Below, piece after piece: positions 47,535 to 56,732 of a stretch of 64,000 nt of DNA. Under the pieces are notes generated by a model. It worked only from the letters and a program-made list of their open reading frames with translations. It was not told where the DNA came from and made no database searches. How positions within the stretch are numbered: the stretch's first letter is position 1; each line of letters opens with the position of its first letter. The DNA comes from an uncultured Alphaproteobacteria bacterium (GTDB taxonomy: Bacteria; Pseudomonadota; Alphaproteobacteria; Rhizobiales; Xanthobacteraceae): assembly GCA_963735285.1 (NCBI GenBank), contig CAVTKN010000013.1, forward strand, positions 5,758 to 69,757, written 5' to 3'. The position numbers were made by a program, and so were the translations under genes.

Positions 47535-48026
47535 ATGTCGCCGTCATCCAAGATTTTCGCGCTATCCGCTGTTGTTGCCGCGCTTGCTTCGCCCGCCGGC
47601 GCGCAGGGCGTCGTCACGGAAAAGAATGTGTCGCTGGCGCTCGCGCAGACGATCGCGCAAGTGGCGCTCGAAAAATGCATCAGCATGGGATTTAAAGTGT
47701 CGGCGGCCGTAGTCGATCGCGGCGGCAATACCGTCGTCGTCCTGCACGGCGATGGCGCCGGGCTGCACACGAATGAAGGTGCCGAACGTAAGGCGTATAC
47801 CGCACGAACCTTCAGCCAGCCTTCCGCCGATTTCACAAAGCGTGTGAATGACAACCCGATCTCGACCGGCTCCCGGCACTATAATCGCGTGCTGGCGCTC
47901 GCCGGCGGCCTACCGATCAAGGCCGGCAACGAGGTGATCGGCGCCGTTGGCGTATCCGGCTCGCCAGGCAAGGACGACGACTGCTCACAGGCCGGCATCG
48001 ACAAGGTCGCCGACCAACTCAAGTAA
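47535..48026 (+). CDS. GlcG/HbpS-like (DUF336) haem-binding family protein, secreted
   Basis: The signal peptide is MSPSSKIFALSAVVAALASPAGAQ. ...AAVVDRGGNTVVVLHGDGA...GGLPIKAGNEVIGAVGVSGSPGKDDDC is the family signature. Confidence 0.8.
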   Translation: MSPSSKIFALSAVVAALASPAGAQGVVTEKNVSLALAQTIAQVALEKCISMGFKVSAAVVDRGGNTVVVLHGDGAGLHTNEGAERKAYTARTFSQPSADFTKRVNDNPISTGSRHYNRVLALAGGLPIKAGNEVIGAVGVSGSPGKDDDCSQAGIDKVADQLK

Positions 48027-48032
48027 CGGCCA

Positions 48033-49847
48033 TCAGCCGCCGGCCAGTTCCTCGCGCAGGATTTCGAGCTCCAGCCACTGCTCCTCGGCCGCCGCCAGCT
48101 TGCGCTGCGTCTCGCCGAGGTCAGTGGTGACTTTCTCGAAGCCCGCACGGTCGCGTGTATAGAAATCCGGGTCATCGAGCCGGGCCTGCAGGCCGCTGGC
48201 CTTGGAATTGAGCGCGGCAATCGTTTTGGGCAGCGTTTCGAGCGCGTGCTTGTCCTTGAATTTCATCTTGCGCGGCGCCGCCTGCGGCCCGCCGGCAGAC
48301 GCGGATGATCGGGTGGGCTTTTCCGGCTCTTCTTTGAGCACCGTGCGCGTCAAATCCGCACCGCGTTGCGCCAGCATGTCGCTATAGCCGCCGGCATATT
48401 CGACCCAGCGCCCGTCGCCCTCCGGCGCAATCACGCCGCTCACCAGCCGGTCAAGAAAATCGCGGTCGTGGCTGATCAACAGCACCGTGCCGGGATAGTC
48501 GCCGAGCATATCCTCGAGCACGTCGAGCGTTTCCATGTCGAGATCGTTGGTCGGCTCGTCGAGCACCAGCAGATTTGACGGTTTGGCCAGCACCTGCGCT
48601 AGCATCAGCCGGCCGCGTTCGCCCCCGGACAGCTTTCCGAGCGGCGTGCGGGCCTGTTCGGCCGAAAACAGAAAGTCCTTCATGTAGCTGACAACGTGCT
48701 TGCCGACGCCATTGACCGAGACGGTGTCGCCGTCGCCGCCGGTGAGCGCTTGTTTCACGGTGACATTGGCGTCGAGGCTGTCCCGGTGCTGATCGAGCGC
48801 GGCAATGGCCAGCGTCGAGCCGAGCCGCACGCTTCCGGTATCCGGCGCCAACGCACCCGTCAGCAGGCTGATCAGTGTGGTCTTCCCGCTGCCATTCGGC
48901 CCGACAATGCCGATGCGGTCGCCGCGCTGGATGCGGGTTGAAAAGTCGGTGACGATGGCACGCCCGCCATAGCCCTTGCTGATGCCCTTCGCTTCGATCA
49001 CCAGCGCGCCGGATGGCGCCGCCGAAGCGGCTGTGATGTTGGCCTCGCCCGCCGTGGCGCGGTACGTGCGGCGCGCTTCACGCAGCGCCTGCAACTGGCC
49101 GACCCGGCGCATATTGCGCTTGCGCCGCCCACTGACGCCGTAGCGCATCCAGTGCTCTTCGGCGACGATCTTGCGGTCAAGCTTGTGCTGTTCGCGCTCC
49201 TCTTCGGCCAGCAGCATGTCGCGCCATTCCTCGAAATGGGCGAAGCCGCGTTCAATGCGGCGTGTGCAGCCGCGGTCGAGCCAGACCGTCGAGCGCGACA
49301 GCGTCGAGAGGAAGCGCCGGTCGTGGCTGATGATCACAAGCGCCGTACGCCGCGCATCGAGGTCGCGCTCCAGCCATTCGATGGTGGTGAGATCGAGATG
49401 GTTGGTCGGTTCGTCAAGCAGCAGGATATCTGGCGACGGCGCCAATACCCGCGCGAGCGAGGCGCGACGCGCTTCGCCGCCGGATAGATGCGCGGGGGAT
49501 TCCTTGCCGGTAAGACCAAGCTCTTCGAGTAAATGACGTGCGATGTAGTGATCGTCGGTCGGCCTCAGCCCTGCCTCGACATAGGCCAACGTCGAGGCAA
49601 AGCCGGCAAAGTCCGGCTCCTGCGGCAGATAGCGCACCAGCGCGCCGGGCTGCACGAACACCGACCCATGGTCCGGCTCGACGACCTTGGCTGCGATCTT
49701 CAAGAGCGTCGACTTGCCGGAGCCGTTGCGGCCGACCAGCGACACGCGTTCGCCGGTCGACACCGACAGCTCCGCCCCGGTCAGGAGCGGCGTGCCGCCG
49801 AAAGTCAGTGCGATGTCCTTGAGCTGGAGAAGCGGTGGAGGAGCCAT
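48033..49847 (-). CDS. ABC-F family ATPase (Uup-like, two ABC domains plus C-terminal coiled coil)
   Basis: 604-aa intact ORF with two Walker A motifs (GRNGSGKST, GPNGSGKTT) and two LSGGE signatures. Confidence 0.9.
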   Translation of the reverse strand: MAPPPLLQLKDIALTFGGTPLLTGAELSVSTGERVSLVGRNGSGKSTLLKIAAKVVEPDHGSVFVQPGALVRYLPQEPDFAGFASTLAYVEAGLRPTDDHYIARHLLEELGLTGKESPAHLSGGEARRASLARVLAPSPDILLLDEPTNHLDLTTIEWLERDLDARRTALVIISHDRRFLSTLSRSTVWLDRGCTRRIERGFAHFEEWRDMLLAEEEREQHKLDRKIVAEEHWMRYGVSGRRKRNMRRVGQLQALREARRTYRATAGEANITAASAAPSGALVIEAKGISKGYGGRAIVTDFSTRIQRGDRIGIVGPNGSGKTTLISLLTGALAPDTGSVRLGSTLAIAALDQHRDSLDANVTVKQALTGGDGDTVSVNGVGKHVVSYMKDFLFSAEQARTPLGKLSGGERGRLMLAQVLAKPSNLLVLDEPTNDLDMETLDVLEDMLGDYPGTVLLISHDRDFLDRLVSGVIAPEGDGRWVEYAGGYSDMLAQRGADLTRTVLKEEPEKPTRSSASAGGPQAAPRKMKFKDKHALETLPKTIAALNSKASGLQARLDDPDFYTRDRAGFEKVTTDLGETQRKLAAAEEQWLELEILREELAGG

Positions 49848-49853
49848 TGCGCC

Positions 49854-51239
49854 TTAGGGTGCCGCCAGCGCCGACAGGATACGCGCCCAGGAGCGGATAC
49901 CCTTGTGATAGCAGGTCAGGTCGAATTTTTCGTTGGGCGAATGCACGCGGTCATCGTCAAGCGCGAAGCCAACCAGTAATGAGTCCATGCCGAGCACGTT
50001 CTTGAAATCGGCGACGATCGGGATCGAGCCGCCGGCGCCGACCGCCACCGCCTTCTTGCCCCACTCCTCGCCGAGGACGTCGCGCGCCTTGTTGAGCGCC
50101 GGATTGTCGAACGACAATTGCAGTGGCGGCGCCAGGCCGAAATTGCCGAATTCGACCTTGCAGTCGGCGGGCAGCCGCTCCCGCACAAAGGCACGGAAGG
50201 CGTCGCGGATCTTTTCAGGGTCCTGCGTGCCGACCAGACGGAACGAGACCTTTGCGCTGGCCTCGCCCGGGATCACCGTCTTGGCGCCTTCGCCGGTGTA
50301 GCCGCCGATGATACCGTTGATCTCGGCGGTCGGCCGCGTCGTGATCTGCTCGATCAGCATACGATCTTGCTCGCCGGCGGACTTCTTGAGCCCGATCGGG
50401 CCAAGAAATTTCTCCGGCGTCAGGTCGAGCCCCTTGAGGTCGGCCCTGATGTCCGGCGGCAGGTCCTTCACGCCGTCATAAAAACCGGGGATCGTGACGC
50501 GGCCCTTGTCGTCCCACATGGCGCCGAGAATTTCGGCCAGCAGCCTCAGCGGGTTCTGGGCCGCGCCGCCGAACACACCGGAATGCAGATCACGGTCGGC
50601 GCAGGTGACTTTGACGTCCTCATAGACCAGGCCGCGCAGCGAAGTGGTGATCGCAGGCGTCTTCTGGTCCCACATGGCGGTGTCGCAGACCAAAGCGAGG
50701 TCGAGCTTGAACTCGGCCGCATTGTTGCGCACGAAATCAAAAAGGTTCTTGGAGCCGCATTCTTCTTCGCCTTCGATCATCATGGTGATCGGCAGCGGCA
50801 GCTTGCCGGTGACCGCCTTGAAGGCCCGGCAGGCCTCGATAAAGGTCATCGCCTGGCCTTTGTCGTCGCAGGCGCCGCGCGCCACGATGATCTTGCGCCC
50901 ATCCGGCAGCGTCTCGATGCGCGGCTCGAAGGGCGGCGTCTTCCACTGGTTCAGCGGATCGACCGGCTGGACATCGTAATGGCCGTAGAACAGCACGCGC
51001 GGACCCGCAACGCCGTTCGATTTGCCGACGACAACCGGATGTCCCGCGGTCGGGCGCACGCTGGCGTCGAAGCCGATGGTCTTGAGATCGGCAGCCACGT
51101 GCTCGGCCGCGGCGCGGCACTGGTCCTTGAAGGCCGGGTCGGTGGACACGGAAGCGATGCGCAACAAAGCGAACAGTCGCTCGACGCTGTGGTCGATATC
51201 CTGATCAATGCGGCTCAAGACCGCGTCGAGGGTCGTCAT
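49854..51239 (-). CDS. M20 family metallopeptidase (ArgE/DapE/CPG2-like dipeptidase)
   Basis: 461-aa intact ORF with ...FYGHYDVQP...ARGACDDKGQ...IEGEEECGS... metal-binding motifs. Confidence 0.85.
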   Translation of the reverse strand: MTTLDAVLSRIDQDIDHSVERLFALLRIASVSTDPAFKDQCRAAAEHVAADLKTIGFDASVRPTAGHPVVVGKSNGVAGPRVLFYGHYDVQPVDPLNQWKTPPFEPRIETLPDGRKIIVARGACDDKGQAMTFIEACRAFKAVTGKLPLPITMMIEGEEECGSKNLFDFVRNNAAEFKLDLALVCDTAMWDQKTPAITTSLRGLVYEDVKVTCADRDLHSGVFGGAAQNPLRLLAEILGAMWDDKGRVTIPGFYDGVKDLPPDIRADLKGLDLTPEKFLGPIGLKKSAGEQDRMLIEQITTRPTAEINGIIGGYTGEGAKTVIPGEASAKVSFRLVGTQDPEKIRDAFRAFVRERLPADCKVEFGNFGLAPPLQLSFDNPALNKARDVLGEEWGKKAVAVGAGGSIPIVADFKNVLGMDSLLVGFALDDDRVHSPNEKFDLTCYHKGIRSWARILSALAAP

Positions 51240-51301
51240 GCGGGACTCCTTGCTGGCAGGGAGCCCACGCTAGCAACGCCGCCGAGCGCTGGAAAGAACC
51301 G

Positions 51302-51775
51302 TCAATGCACAGTCGGCTTGGCAAAATCGGCCATTTCCGCCGGGGCCGTCACCATCAGGTGAGGGGATGCCGGCCGGCGCCGCCGGTGGCGGCCTTGCAG
51401 CAAGGCGCCAATGCGGCGGTAGAGCATCCGGGGCGCAATATTGGCGGGCAGCACCGCGGCATAACCGCCGCACCGCGCCACTTTGCGCAAATAAGGCGTG
51501 ACCACTGGCGCCACAATCAGCGTCGGGATACCGAAAGACCGACCGGGCGCGTGCGCGAGTGCAGCCGGAACGGCGTCGGGAACCGTATCGCCGATCATCA
51601 CAAGGCAGGCATCGACGTCGACGGCGCGGCAAAGTCGTTGTGCCTCCTCGGCCCGCGTGACTGTCGTGACCCGGCCAATCGCCATGCGCCGCAGGCGCGC
51701 TGACAGGCGCTCGCCGCCATGGCAACCGGCACGATTGGCAACAACAATGATGTGCGACCGCCGCATTGACTTCAT
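51302..51775 (-). CDS. receiver-domain-like protein with degenerate active site
   Basis: ATG 51775 lies within ORF 51302-51862. There is a CheY-like beta-alpha periodicity (HIIVVANRAG..., DACLVMIGD..., PTLIVAPVV..., GYAAVLPANI...), but the DD pair, the T/S and the K are not evident by eye. Confidence 0.4.
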   Translation of the reverse strand: MKSMRRSHIIVVANRAGCHGGERLSARLRRMAIGRVTTVTRAEEAQRLCRAVDVDACLVMIGDTVPDAVPAALAHAPGRSFGIPTLIVAPVVTPYLRKVARCGGYAAVLPANIAPRMLYRRIGALLQGRHRRRRPASPHLMVTAPAEMADFAKPTVH

Positions 51776-52214
51776 GCCAGCAATCTTACCCAACACCTGA
51801 CGCCCGCTCCGGCCGATGCTCCAAGTACCCACGCGGCCATCCGAAGGTCGGACAGCCGACATATCCTTATTCTGTCAGGATTTTTTCAACCATACACCGC
51901 CTGTCGGGGTCACCAAATTACGAATCTACTGATAGTAGGACTACGGATTGATCTGGGACCGATTTTGCCACGGTGCAACGTTGCCCCTATGCCCGGCAGA
52001 ACGCCGATCGCTAATTCGGAAGTCTGTGTGCATGCAACAACACAATCCGACATCTGCGAGAAAGACGATTCATTTCTCTTGACACACGACCCCGGCGGTG
52101 GATGCACGCAGAGCCTGTCAACGATCAATGTTGTTGCATCCTGCTTGTCATCGCGATGAACGGCGTTCAATATAAACGCAATTCCGCCACAGTGCCGGGG
52201 GGCGTGAGGGTTCC

Positions 52215-52577
52215 ATGGATGAGTTGATCGGACGTCTCGTCGCCAAGGCTGGCGTCGAACGCGGTGTCGCGGAAAAGTCGTTGGCCATCATCCTCGACTT
52301 CCTGCGCAAGGAGGGCCCCGCCGATAAGGTGCAGGCGCTCCTTGATCGGCTTCCCGGCGCAGAGGCCCTGTTAGCGCAACAGGCGGATACCAGCGGCGGC
52401 ATGTTCAGCATGGGCGGTATCATGGGCGCCGGCACAAAGATGATGGCGGCGGGACTGAGCATGGGCCAGGTGCAGAGTGTGACGCGCGAGACGATCTCTT
52501 ATGCGCGCGAAAAGATTGGCGACGATGCGGTTGGAGAAATCGTCGGCGCAATTCCCGGATTAAGTCAGTTTGTTTGA
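52215..52577 (+). CDS. conserved hypothetical protein with a Gly/Met-rich central linker
   Basis: 120-aa ORF MDELIGRLVAKAGVERGVAEKSLAIILDFLRKEGPADKVQALL...GAIPGLSQFV. It is common in rhizobia from memory, but the family name is uncertain. Confidence 0.55.
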   Translation: MDELIGRLVAKAGVERGVAEKSLAIILDFLRKEGPADKVQALLDRLPGAEALLAQQADTSGGMFSMGGIMGAGTKMMAAGLSMGQVQSVTRETISYAREKIGDDAVGEIVGAIPGLSQFV

Positions 52578-52628
52578 ACCGTTCAAGTCACAAAAAACAA
52601 AAGATAAGAAAAGGCGGAGGAAGCGCGG

Positions 52629-53036
52629 ATGTCCTATCCCATCACCGATATAGAGGGGATCGACGGCAACGTTGCCGCGGTGCTCAAATCGGCGGGGATT
52701 AGATCGACCGATCGCCTGCTTGAGGCGGCACGCACTGTAAAGGGACGCAAGACACTCGCCGCGAAGACCGGCTTCGACGAGAAGCAATTGTTGTGCTGGG
52801 CCAATGTCGCCGACCGCATGCGGATCAAAGGCATCAGCAAGGAATACGCCGAACTCTTACAAGCCGCCGGTGTGGACACTGTGAAAGAACTCAAATACCG
52901 GAATCCGCTCAATCTCGCGAAGGCGATGGCCGATGCAAACAAAAGGCGCAAAGTCGTGCGCCTGCTGCCATCGGAGAAGGTGGTCAAACGGTGGATCGAG
53001 AACGCCAAAATATTACCGCTCAAGATTACCTACTGA
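52629..53036 (+). CDS. DUF4332 domain protein
   Basis: MSYPITDIEGIDGNVAAVLKSAGIRSTDRLLEA...MRIKGISKEYAELLQAAGVDTVKELKYRNP shows helix-hairpin-helix-like DUF4332 repeats. Confidence 0.7.
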   Translation: MSYPITDIEGIDGNVAAVLKSAGIRSTDRLLEAARTVKGRKTLAAKTGFDEKQLLCWANVADRMRIKGISKEYAELLQAAGVDTVKELKYRNPLNLAKAMADANKRRKVVRLLPSEKVVKRWIENAKILPLKITY

Positions 53037-53051
53037 TGCATTGACGCCTGC

Positions 53052-53954
53052 TTGACAGCGCCCCACCGACCGCGCAAAGCGACCGATATGGGAAGCGTCC
53101 GCACATTGGATATGTCCGCAGAAACCGCGCCAAAATCAGCGCAAAATGCCCTTACTGCGCTGCTTTCGGCGGGCCGACCGCTGGTCATGGGCATTCTCAA
53201 TGTCACCCCTGACTCATTCTCGGATGGCGGCCAATTCCTGGATCCCTCGCTGGCGATTGCCCATGCCGCAGACATGGCTAAATCCGGCGCCGACCTCCTC
53301 GACATCGGCGCGGAGTCGACACGGCCTTATGGCGGACCTGTCCCCGTCTCCGCCGATGAAGAAAAGGCGCGGCTCGAGCCAATATTGCCGGCGATCGTCA
53401 AACTCGGCTTGCCGGTATCGATCGACACGATCAAAGCCTCGATTGCCGCCTGGGCACTCGATCAGGGCGCGGGAATCGTCAACGACGTCTGGGGGCTGCA
53501 ACGCGATTCTGACATGGCCCCTCTCGTCGCCGAACGCGGCGTACCGGTGATCGTGATGCATAATCGGGAGAGCGCGGACGGCAGCATCGACATTGTCGCC
53601 GACGTGATTGCCTTCTTTTCGCGATCGCTTGAGATTGCTGCTCGCGCCGGCATCGTGCGCGACAATATCGTGCTCGATCCCGGCATCGGCTTCGGGAAGA
53701 CTCCTGAGCAGAGCATGACCTGTATCGCCCGGCTTGCGGACTTCAGGCGCTTCGGCTTGCCCCTTCTGGTCGGCGCCTCACGCAAACGCTTCATCAACAC
53801 GGTAATTCCATCGTCCCCGGACGACCGTATCGGCGGGTCCATCTCGGCTCACCTGCTCGCGGTCGAAAATGGCGCGGCCATTGTCCGAGCCCATGACGTC
53901 AAGGAGACCGTTCAGGCATTGCGCGTGGCCGCCGCGATTGAGGCCGCCCGATGA
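53052..53954 (+). CDS. folP: dihydropteroate synthase
   Basis: LVMGILNVTPDSFSDGG...ADLLDIGAESTRP...SIDT...NDVWG...DPGIGFGK are present. The start is uncertain: TTG 53052, ATG 53088 or ATG 53112. Confidence 0.9.
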   Translation: MTAPHRPRKATDMGSVRTLDMSAETAPKSAQNALTALLSAGRPLVMGILNVTPDSFSDGGQFLDPSLAIAHAADMAKSGADLLDIGAESTRPYGGPVPVSADEEKARLEPILPAIVKLGLPVSIDTIKASIAAWALDQGAGIVNDVWGLQRDSDMAPLVAERGVPVIVMHNRESADGSIDIVADVIAFFSRSLEIAARAGIVRDNIVLDPGIGFGKTPEQSMTCIARLADFRRFGLPLLVGASRKRFINTVIPSSPDDRIGGSISAHLLAVENGAAIVRAHDVKETVQALRVAAAIEAAR

Positions 53955-54319
53955 GCGACCGCATCTTCATTCGCGGGCTCGCGCTGCATGCCTTTCACGG
54001 CGTGATGCCGCACGAGGCCAAGGTTGGGCAGACATTCAGTATCGATCTTGACCTCGAGATCGACCTTTCCACAGCGGCCCGGTCTGACAAAGTCATGGAT
54101 ACCGTTTCCTATGACAAGGTCGTCGACTGCGCGAGCGCCGCATTCAACGGACAACGTTTCCGCTTGATCGAAGCCGCCGCAGGCCGGGTGGCCAACGCCG
54201 TGCTAGCGGCTTTTCCGCCGGTGCGATCAGTTCGTGTCACGATCCACAAACCACACGCTCCGATTGCCGCAACATTCGACGATGTCGGCATAACTCTGGT
54301 GCGGAGTCGCCATGGTTGA
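53951..54319 (+). CDS. folB: dihydroneopterin aldolase
   Basis: 122-aa ORF IFIRGLALHAFHGVMPHEAKVGQTFSIDLDL...VSYDKV..., overlapping the folP stop. Confidence 0.85.
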   Translation: MSDRIFIRGLALHAFHGVMPHEAKVGQTFSIDLDLEIDLSTAARSDKVMDTVSYDKVVDCASAAFNGQRFRLIEAAAGRVANAVLAAFPPVRSVRVTIHKPHAPIAATFDDVGITLVRSRHG

Positions 54320-54794
54320 GGCGTTGCTCGCGCTCGGGGGCAATGTCGGAAACAGCCGGGCCATCCTTGACCGCGCCATCAATCTGCTGTGCGACGGGAA
54401 GGACATTACGCTGAAGGCGCGGTCGTCCGACTACCGGACGCCGCCCTGGGGTTTCAAATATCAGCCGCATTTCATCAACCTCGCCATCGCGGTCGAAACG
54501 ACGCTTGGCCCGCACGAATTGCTGGCGCGTGCGCAGGAGATCGAATTGCGGCTCGGCCGCGATCGTGCCCACGAAAAGCGCAATGGGCCAAGAACCGCGG
54601 ATATCGATATCCTCGCTTACGACGACCTGATGCTGAACGAGCCGAATTTAACGCTGCCCCATCCGCGCCTTTTCGAGCGCGCCTTTGTCCTGTTGCCATT
54701 GGCAGAAATCGCCGGGGATCGCACAATCGCAGGACGGCGCGTGGGCGAAGCGGCTAAGACCGTCGACGCCGGCGGTATCCACCGCCTGCCCTAG
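54312..54794 (+). CDS. folK: 2-amino-4-hydroxy-6-hydroxymethyldihydropteridine diphosphokinase
   Basis: LALGGNVGN...Y.TPPWG...RWGPRT(A)DIDIL...L.LPHPRL.ERAFVL.PL signature. It overlaps folB. Confidence 0.85.
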   Translation: MVEALLALGGNVGNSRAILDRAINLLCDGKDITLKARSSDYRTPPWGFKYQPHFINLAIAVETTLGPHELLARAQEIELRLGRDRAHEKRNGPRTADIDILAYDDLMLNEPNLTLPHPRLFERAFVLLPLAEIAGDRTIAGRRVGEAAKTVDAGGIHRLP

Positions 54795-54869
54795 CAAACT
54801 CAGCAATGCGGGCACTCAATTTGCTTTATCTCAATGGCCTGATGGCGCTGACTGTGCCAGTTTTCCCGA

Positions 54870-56732
54870 ATGTCTGACGACCTCTCCCTCGCCGCTGAAT
54901 TTCCGCCGACCACCGAGGCGGACTGGCGCAAGCTGGTCGATGCGGCGCTCAAAGGCGCCGCGTTCGACAAACGGCTGGTGAGCCAGACTTATGACAGCCT
55001 GCGCGTGCAGCCCCTTTACCCGCGCGCCGCGGAAGCCAAGCCGATTGCCGGACGGACCCCTGGCACGGCGTGGACCGTGATGCAGCGCGTAGACCATCCC
55101 GATCCGGCGGCGGCGAATGCGCAGGCACTGCAGGATCTGGAGAACGGTGCCAACGGATTGACGCTTGTGTTCGCCGGTTCGCTCAATGCCAATGGTTATG
55201 GCCTCGATGCGACGCCTGCGGCGCTGGCCCGTGCGCTTGAAGGTGTCGAACTCGACGCCGGTATCACCATCGATTTCAACCTCAGCCCGCCGACACGTAA
55301 TGCCGTGCAGCTTTTCGCAGCGCTGGTGAAAAGCCGGAAAATTTCGCCGGCATCTGTCGACCTACGCGCCAGTATCAATCCGATCGGGGGCTTTGCCGCA
55401 TCCGGCGCCAGCCCGAAACCATGGAGCGAGTTGTCGAAAACTTTTGCAGCAACCATACGCGATCTCGCCGATCAAGGATTTCGCGGGCCGTTTGCGGTCG
55501 CCGATGGACGTATTATCCACAATGCCGGTGGTTCGGAAGCGCAGGAACTGGCCTTTGCGATCGCCGCCGCCGTGGACTGTTTGCGCGCGCTCGAGGCAGG
55601 TGGCGTACCGCTCGATCGCGCGCGCGGCATGATCTATTTTCGCATGGCGGCGGACGCGGATGAGTTTCTCACCATCGCCAAATTCCGCGCCGTTCGTAAA
55701 CTATGGGCACGCGTCGAAGAAGCCTGCGGCCTGACACCAAAGCCCGCCTGTGTCGCCGCCGAAACCGCGTGGCGGATGATGACCAAGCGCGATCCTTACG
55801 TGAACATGCTGCGCACCACCATCGCGGTCAGCGCCGCCGGCCTTGCTGGCGCCGACAATATCGCCGCGCTGCCGCACACCGCCGCGCTCGGCCTGCCCGA
55901 TGCTTTCGCGCGCAGGGTTGCGCGCAATACGCAACTTGTTCTGCTCGAAGAATCCAACCTCGCAAAGGTTTCTGATCCCGGCGCCGGCTCCGGCGCTATC
56001 GAAGCTCTGACAAGCCAGCTCTGCACCGCCGCTTGGAAACAGTTTCAGGAGATCGAAGCCGCCGGCGGCGCCTGGGCTGCGCTTGAACGGGGCATTATTC
56101 AGCAGAAAGTCGCGGCGGTCCGCACCGAACGGCAGAAATCCACGGCACGGCGCAAGGATGCGCTGACCGGCACCAGTGATTATCCAAATCTCCAGGAAAA
56201 AACGCCCGCAGTCCTCAAGGTCGCGCCGGTCGTGCCGTCAAAGGAAACCGGGGCGAAAGCGGTCATCGAACCGCTGCCGAGCATTCGCTTGTCCGAGCCA
56301 TTCGAGAAGCTGCGCGACGCCTCCGACCGCATGATCGCCAGGACCGGATCGCGGCCGAAAGTGTTCCTGGCCAATCTCGGCAAGGTCGCGGACTTCACCG
56401 CGCGGGCGATGTTTGCCAAGAATTTCTATGAGGCCGGCGGCATCGAGGCGCAGAACAATGACGGCTTCAAGGACCAGACAGAGATGCTCGCAGCTTTCAA
56501 GAAATCGGGCGCCAAACTTGCCTGTCTGTGTTCTTCCGACGCCGTTTATGTTCAACAAGCCGCCGACGCCGCTAGCGCGTTGACGACCGCCGGTGCCATC
56601 GTCCATCTCGCCGGCCGGCCCGGTGACCACGAAGCCAATTGGCAGGCGGCCGGCGTCAAAACCTTCATATTCATGGGCTGTGACGTGGTTTCGACCTTGC
56701 AGGCTGCGCATGATATTCTGGGCGTCAAATGA
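54870..56732 (+). CDS. mutA: methylmalonyl-CoA mutase small (beta) subunit
   Basis: 620-aa ORF homologous to the mutase fold but lacking the B12-binding DxHxxG motif. It is translationally coupled to the large subunit. Confidence 0.85.
   Translation: MSDDLSLAAEFPPTTEADWRKLVDAALKGAAFDKRLVSQTYDSLRVQPLYPRAAEAKPIAGRTPGTAWTVMQRVDHPDPAAANAQALQDLENGANGLTLVFAGSLNANGYGLDATPAALARALEGVELDAGITIDFNLSPPTRNAVQLFAALVKSRKISPASVDLRASINPIGGFAASGASPKPWSELSKTFAATIRDLADQGFRGPFAVADGRIIHNAGGSEAQELAFAIAAAVDCLRALEAGGVPLDRARGMIYFRMAADADEFLTIAKFRAVRKLWARVEEACGLTPKPACVAAETAWRMMTKRDPYVNMLRTTIAVSAAGLAGADNIAALPHTAALGLPDAFARRVARNTQLVLLEESNLAKVSDPGAGSGAIEALTSQLCTAAWKQFQEIEAAGGAWAALERGIIQQKVAAVRTERQKSTARRKDALTGTSDYPNLQEKTPAVLKVAPVVPSKETGAKAVIEPLPSIRLSEPFEKLRDASDRMIARTGSRPKVFLANLGKVADFTARAMFAKNFYEAGGIEAQNNDGFKDQTEMLAAFKKSGAKLACLCSSDAVYVQQAADAASALTTAGAIVHLAGRPGDHEANWQAAGVKTFIFMGCDVVSTLQAAHDILGVK

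Noticed and set aside
54795-54869. A cobalamin riboswitch upstream of the B12-dependent mutase genes.
   Set aside because: The gap is only about 75 nt and lacks a recognisable B12-box. Mutase operons are not typical targets of that riboswitch.
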